This document shows positions 60,924 through 64,000 of a stretch of 64,000 nt of DNA, one piece after another; within the stretch, counting starts at the first letter, position 1, and each line of letters starts with the position of its first letter. Under the pieces are notes generated by a model, which was not told where the DNA came from, searched no databases, and saw only the letters and a list, made by a program, of their open reading frames with translations. Source of the stretch: an uncultured Collinsella sp. (lineage in GTDB: Bacteria > Actinomycetota > Coriobacteriia > Coriobacteriales > Coriobacteriaceae). Position numbers and translations under genes: made by a program. Where the stretch lies: NCBI GenBank assembly GCA_965149855.1, contig CBCTTO010000005.1:1634-65633 (forward strand), written 5' to 3'.

Positions 60924-62063
60924 TTAGTAATCCACCGCCGCAGGGCTGTTCATCCAGTCGCTCACGAACGCACCGTAACGGCCCTCGATAATGGCCTGGC
61001 GAGCACGCTGCATAAGGTTGAGCAGGTAGTAGATGTTGTGCATCGACAGCAAAATGCCGCCGAGCATCTCCTTCTGCGTGACCATGTGACGGATGAGCGC
61101 ACGGCTGTAGCCGCCCGTGCACACCGGGCAGGTGCAGGTGGGGTCGATAGGGCCGTCGTCGTGCGCAAAGCGCGCGTTGCGGAAGTTAAGGCGACCTTCA
61201 CTGGAGAACGCCGTACCCATGCGGCCGGTGCGCGTCGGCAGCACGCAGTCGAACATGTCGATACCCACGCCCACGCCGCGCACGAGCGTGGTAGGGTTGC
61301 CGACGCCCATGAGGTAGCGCGGCTTGTGCTTAGGCATGTACTCGGAAACCAGCGGCGCCAGCGTCTCGAACATGGTCTCGTGGTCTTCGCCCACCGAATA
61401 GCCGCCGATGCCGTAACCCGGGAAGTCGCCACACTCCTCCAGATGGCGCAGCGAGCGCAGGCGCAGGTCCAGGTGCATGCCGCCCTGGACGATGCCAAAG
61501 AGCGCCTGGTCATCGCGGGTATGCGCCTTATAGCAGCGCTCGGCCCACATACTCGACAGCTCAACGGCGCGCTCAACGTAGGCGCGCGTGGCGGGATAGC
61601 CCGGGCACTGGTCGAGCTGCATGCAGATGTCGGAACCGAGCTTCATGGCGATTTCCATGTTGTCCTCGGGCGTCCAGAACACATGGCGGCCGTCGTAGTC
61701 GTTGACGATAAAGCGCACGCCCTCGTCGGTGAGCTTGACGGCGTCGTTGTGGCTGAACACCTGGAAGCCGCCCGAATCGGTAAGAATGGGGCCGTGCCAG
61801 TTCATAAACTTGTGCAGGCCGCCCAGCTCGGCAATGGTGTCCTCGCCGGGACGCATGGACAGGTGATAGGTGTTGGCAAGCACGATCTGGGCGCCGAGCT
61901 GTTTGACGGTCTCGGTAGGAATACCCTTGACGTTTGCCTTGGTGCCCACGGGCATAAAGATTGGCGTCTCGATATCGCCGTGCGGGGTGTGCAGTACGCC
62001 GGCACGCGCGTGCGTCGTCGGGTCCTCGGCGATCAGGTCGAATTTAAAGAGGCTCTGGTCCAT
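60924..62063 (-). CDS. tgt: tRNA-guanine(34) transglycosylase
   Basis: TPIFMPVGT, NTYHL, TDSGGFQ, FDCVLPTR and CxCxxC...H Zn site; upstream TATAAT and RBS AAGGAG. Confidence 0.96.
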   Translation of the reverse strand: MDQSLFKFDLIAEDPTTHARAGVLHTPHGDIETPIFMPVGTKANVKGIPTETVKQLGAQIVLANTYHLSMRPGEDTIAELGGLHKFMNWHGPILTDSGGFQVFSHNDAVKLTDEGVRFIVNDYDGRHVFWTPEDNMEIAMKLGSDICMQLDQCPGYPATRAYVERAVELSSMWAERCYKAHTRDDQALFGIVQGGMHLDLRLRSLRHLEECGDFPGYGIGGYSVGEDHETMFETLAPLVSEYMPKHKPRYLMGVGNPTTLVRGVGVGIDMFDCVLPTRTGRMGTAFSSEGRLNFRNARFAHDDGPIDPTCTCPVCTGGYSRALIRHMVTQKEMLGGILLSMHNIYYLLNLMQRARQAIIEGRYGAFVSDWMNSPAAVDY

Positions 62064-62369
62064 AAACTGGAACTCCTTGGTTGCGGTTCATACGCAAACC
62101 ATTATACGGGCAACCCGCAAGGAGCACCGACTCGACAGAAACTGGCGCAAAGGGGTCATAGTCGTTTAAGAACGTCCCCAGCGACTACGTCTGGGATCAT
62201 TTCCAACAGCCAAGGTAGCGCCGATGCTATGGCACCGACAGACACTATGACCCAATCCGAGGGCACTGAAAAGGCAGGAGCCCCCGCTCGTGACCGCGGG
62301 TCGGGGCTGCGACAATGATGTCGAAGTGCCATAGGCGCAGCCGCGCCGCAACGAGTTTGGGAGGCTCCC

Positions 62370-63491
62370 ATGCCAAAGTATTCTACCGCGTTCGGGATGG
62401 ACGTCCACCTGAGGTCGACCACCGTCTGCGCCCTCGACGCGGACACCGGCGAGGCCGTGACGAGGAGGTTCCCCGGCAACCCCTGGGGCGAGATCGCCGG
62501 GTGGATGGATGGGTTCCCCGGGCCGTCGCTCGCGGCCTACGAGAGCGGCTACCTCGGCTTCGCCCCGCAAAGGGAGCTCGCCGGGCTCGGCGTCGAGTGC
62601 GTCGTCGCCGCGGTCTCGAAGATCCCCAGGTCGGCCGCCGACTCGGCCTCCAAGAACGACAGGAACGACGCCGCCAGGATGGCCAAGGCGATACTCGCCC
62701 ACGACATCTCCCCCGTATGGATCCCCTCCCCCGAGGTCGAAGGCATCAGGGACCTCGCCGGCGCCTACGGCGGGGCGACCGCGCGCCTGGCGACCGCCAA
62801 GCAGCGGCTGCTCGCCTTCCTCGCAAAGCGGGGGTTCGTCTACGGCGGCACCACGCCCGCCGGCAACCCGAGGAAGTACTGGACCTACGACTTCCTGAGG
62901 TGGCTCGACAAGGTCAGGCCGGAGGACGATGGCGGGGTTCGGACGCTCGCCGCCCTGAGGAACGAGGTCGAGGCCGCGGCGGAGGCCCGGGCGGACCTGC
63001 TCTCCGAGTACAGGGCCGCCGTGGATGCCAGCCCGATCGCCGCGGAGGTGGCCGCCCTCCAGTCGATCAAGGGCTGCGCCTTCGCGCTGGCCGCGGCCTT
63101 CTCGGCCGAGGTCGGCGACTTCACGAGGTTCCGTTCCGGAAGGCAGGTCACGGCCTATTTCGGCCTCGCGCCGAGTCAGAGGTCGAGTGGCGACTCCGTG
63201 CGGCTCGGAGGCATCAGCGGTGCGGGCAACGCGCTCGTGAGGAAGCTGGCCGTTGAGGGCTCATGGTGCTACGCCGCGGCGCGGCACCAGCCGAAGCTCA
63301 TGCCGAGGGACACGGGCGTGCCCCTCGAGATAAGGATGCACGGGAGGAAGGGGTCCGAGCGGCTCCTGCGGCGGCGCGAGGAGATGCTCGCCCGCGGCGT
63401 GCCCGCGGCGAAGGCCAACGCGGCCACCGCGGCCGAGCTCGTGAGGTGGCTCTGGGCCCTCGGCATGATGTGCCGGGAGGGCGCGGAATAG
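62370..63491 (+). CDS. IS110-family DEDD recombinase/transposase
   Basis: GMDVH, AYESG and KNDRNDA (RuvC-like DEDD); GLAPSQRSSG (catalytic Ser loop); RBS GGAGG. Confidence 0.95.
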   Translation: MPKYSTAFGMDVHLRSTTVCALDADTGEAVTRRFPGNPWGEIAGWMDGFPGPSLAAYESGYLGFAPQRELAGLGVECVVAAVSKIPRSAADSASKNDRNDAARMAKAILAHDISPVWIPSPEVEGIRDLAGAYGGATARLATAKQRLLAFLAKRGFVYGGTTPAGNPRKYWTYDFLRWLDKVRPEDDGGVRTLAALRNEVEAAAEARADLLSEYRAAVDASPIAAEVAALQSIKGCAFALAAAFSAEVGDFTRFRSGRQVTAYFGLAPSQRSSGDSVRLGGISGAGNALVRKLAVEGSWCYAAARHQPKLMPRDTGVPLEIRMHGRKGSERLLRRREEMLARGVPAAKANAATAAELVRWLWALGMMCREGAE

Positions 63492-63496
63492 ACATA

Positions 63497-63692
63497 GCCC
63501 CCGTCCCGGCGAGCCGGGCGGCCTTCGGGGATACCCCCTATTTCGCTGTGCGCGCGGAGCCCTCCGCATGCGCCTCGACAGACTTGGGGAACCCCGCCGA
63601 AGGAATGGAGTGCGGGCCGACAGAACGGTATCCGCGGATATGAGACTGAGCCGAAGGCGTCGACGACATGCCGGGGGCGGACCGGGACGGGT
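63497..63692 (+). ncRNA. Predicted bridge/seek RNA of the IS1111-type element
   Basis: Closing stem CCGTCCCGG/CCGGGACGG; internal loop carries TTTCGCT (63541-47) and CGACAG (63576-81) matching the target; second loop has ATATGAGAC (63638-46) matching the circle junction. Confidence 0.75.
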
Positions 63693-63769
63693 TAACGGCA
63701 GGCCCCGCCGACCGATTGCAAGCGGTCGGCGGGGCCATTGTGGCTCTTGACAGCGGATTGGGTCATATG

Positions 63770-63883
63770 AGCGAAAACCCGCCAGAGCGAGCAAGGTGCC
63801 TTGAAACAAGGCGGCATTGACCTTCTGGTCATGCCGCCGAAGTTGAAAGGCAGATTGCCGCTCTGGCGGGTTTGCAGCGTCGG
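63770..63883. repeat. Right part of the structured repeat interrupted by the IS (sister of 12928-13045)
   Basis: AGCGAAAAC..GCGAGCAAGGTG..TGAAA..GGCATTGACCTT.TGGTCATGCC..TTGAA..CAGATTGCCGCT..GTTTGCAGCGTC shared with the 12.9-kb copy. Confidence 0.85.
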
Positions 63884-63916
63884 CCCGTTACGGCGTTTGG
63901 TAAAACGCCGTAACTC

Positions 63917-64000
63917 TTAGGGCCGCTGACCCATGCCACCCTCGAGGGTGACGGTCTCGCCGTTCATGTACTTAAAGTCGGGGCCGCAGAGCTGAACGAC
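63917..64000 (-). CDS. C-terminus of an SDR-family oxidoreductase (partial, runs off the window)
   Basis: Translates to ...VVQLCGPDFKYMNGETVTLEGGMGQRP*, a typical SDR tail; hairpin at 63887-63914 follows. Confidence 0.75.
   Translation of the reverse strand, partial: VVQLCGPDFKYMNGETVTLEGGMGQRP

Larger units (their letters stand above)
62240..63769 (+). mobile_element. IS110-family, IS1111-type insertion sequence (~1.53 kb) with sub-terminal inverted repeats and AG/CT core
   Basis: IRL TATGACCCAATCCG (62246-62259) and IRR CGGATTGGGTCATA (63754-63767); AG core at 62240-41 and 63770-71; outward -35 TTGACA at 63747; removing the element restores a hairpin. Confidence 0.92.

Noticed and set aside
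62064..62235. preQ1 riboswitch upstream of tgt
   Set aside because: The leader after TATAAT is short and lacks the preQ1 stem-loop and A-rich tail.
62315..63256. 313-aa alternative-frame ORF within the IS
   Set aside because: Arg/Gly-rich shadow of the very GC-rich transposase gene, with no motifs.
63616..63623. GCCGACAG in the IS 3' end as the target guide
   Set aside because: It matches the target but lies in a stem/apical loop without a partner guide. The paired internal-loop guides at 63541 and 63576 explain the target better.

Overview
High-GC (about 60%) chromosomal segment. Gene content and repeat style suggest a gut Coriobacteriia, probably Collinsella-like (inference, no search run). 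It is mostly housekeeping: fructokinase, rho, argS, proA/proB/pip, pncB, tRNA-Ala(CGC), 6S RNA, trpS, pckA, lactate permease, serC/serA, a metal-homeostasis cluster, an ABC-F ATPase, pstSCAB and tgt. Notable accessory content: (1) A complete IS110-family, IS1111-type element (62240-63769). Its 3' non-coding end folds into a bridge/seek-RNA-like structure whose loop guides match the reconstructed target and the circle junction. It is inserted in a structured ~120-nt repeat that has an empty, covarying sister copy at ~12.9 kb. (2) A lower-GC two-gene cassette, MazG-like pyrophosphatase plus GIY-YIG/DUF2075 helicase, which is a candidate defence system. (3) Several families of intergenic palindromes, including long inverted repeats with unrelated arms but a shared central ACCTGCGGTTTTA motif; one lies next to a DUF559/AbiEi-like nuclease gene. 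(4) Decayed genes: an M20 peptidase with an internal deletion and frameshift, and a reduced DUF1015. All calls come from reading the sequence and recalling family motifs.
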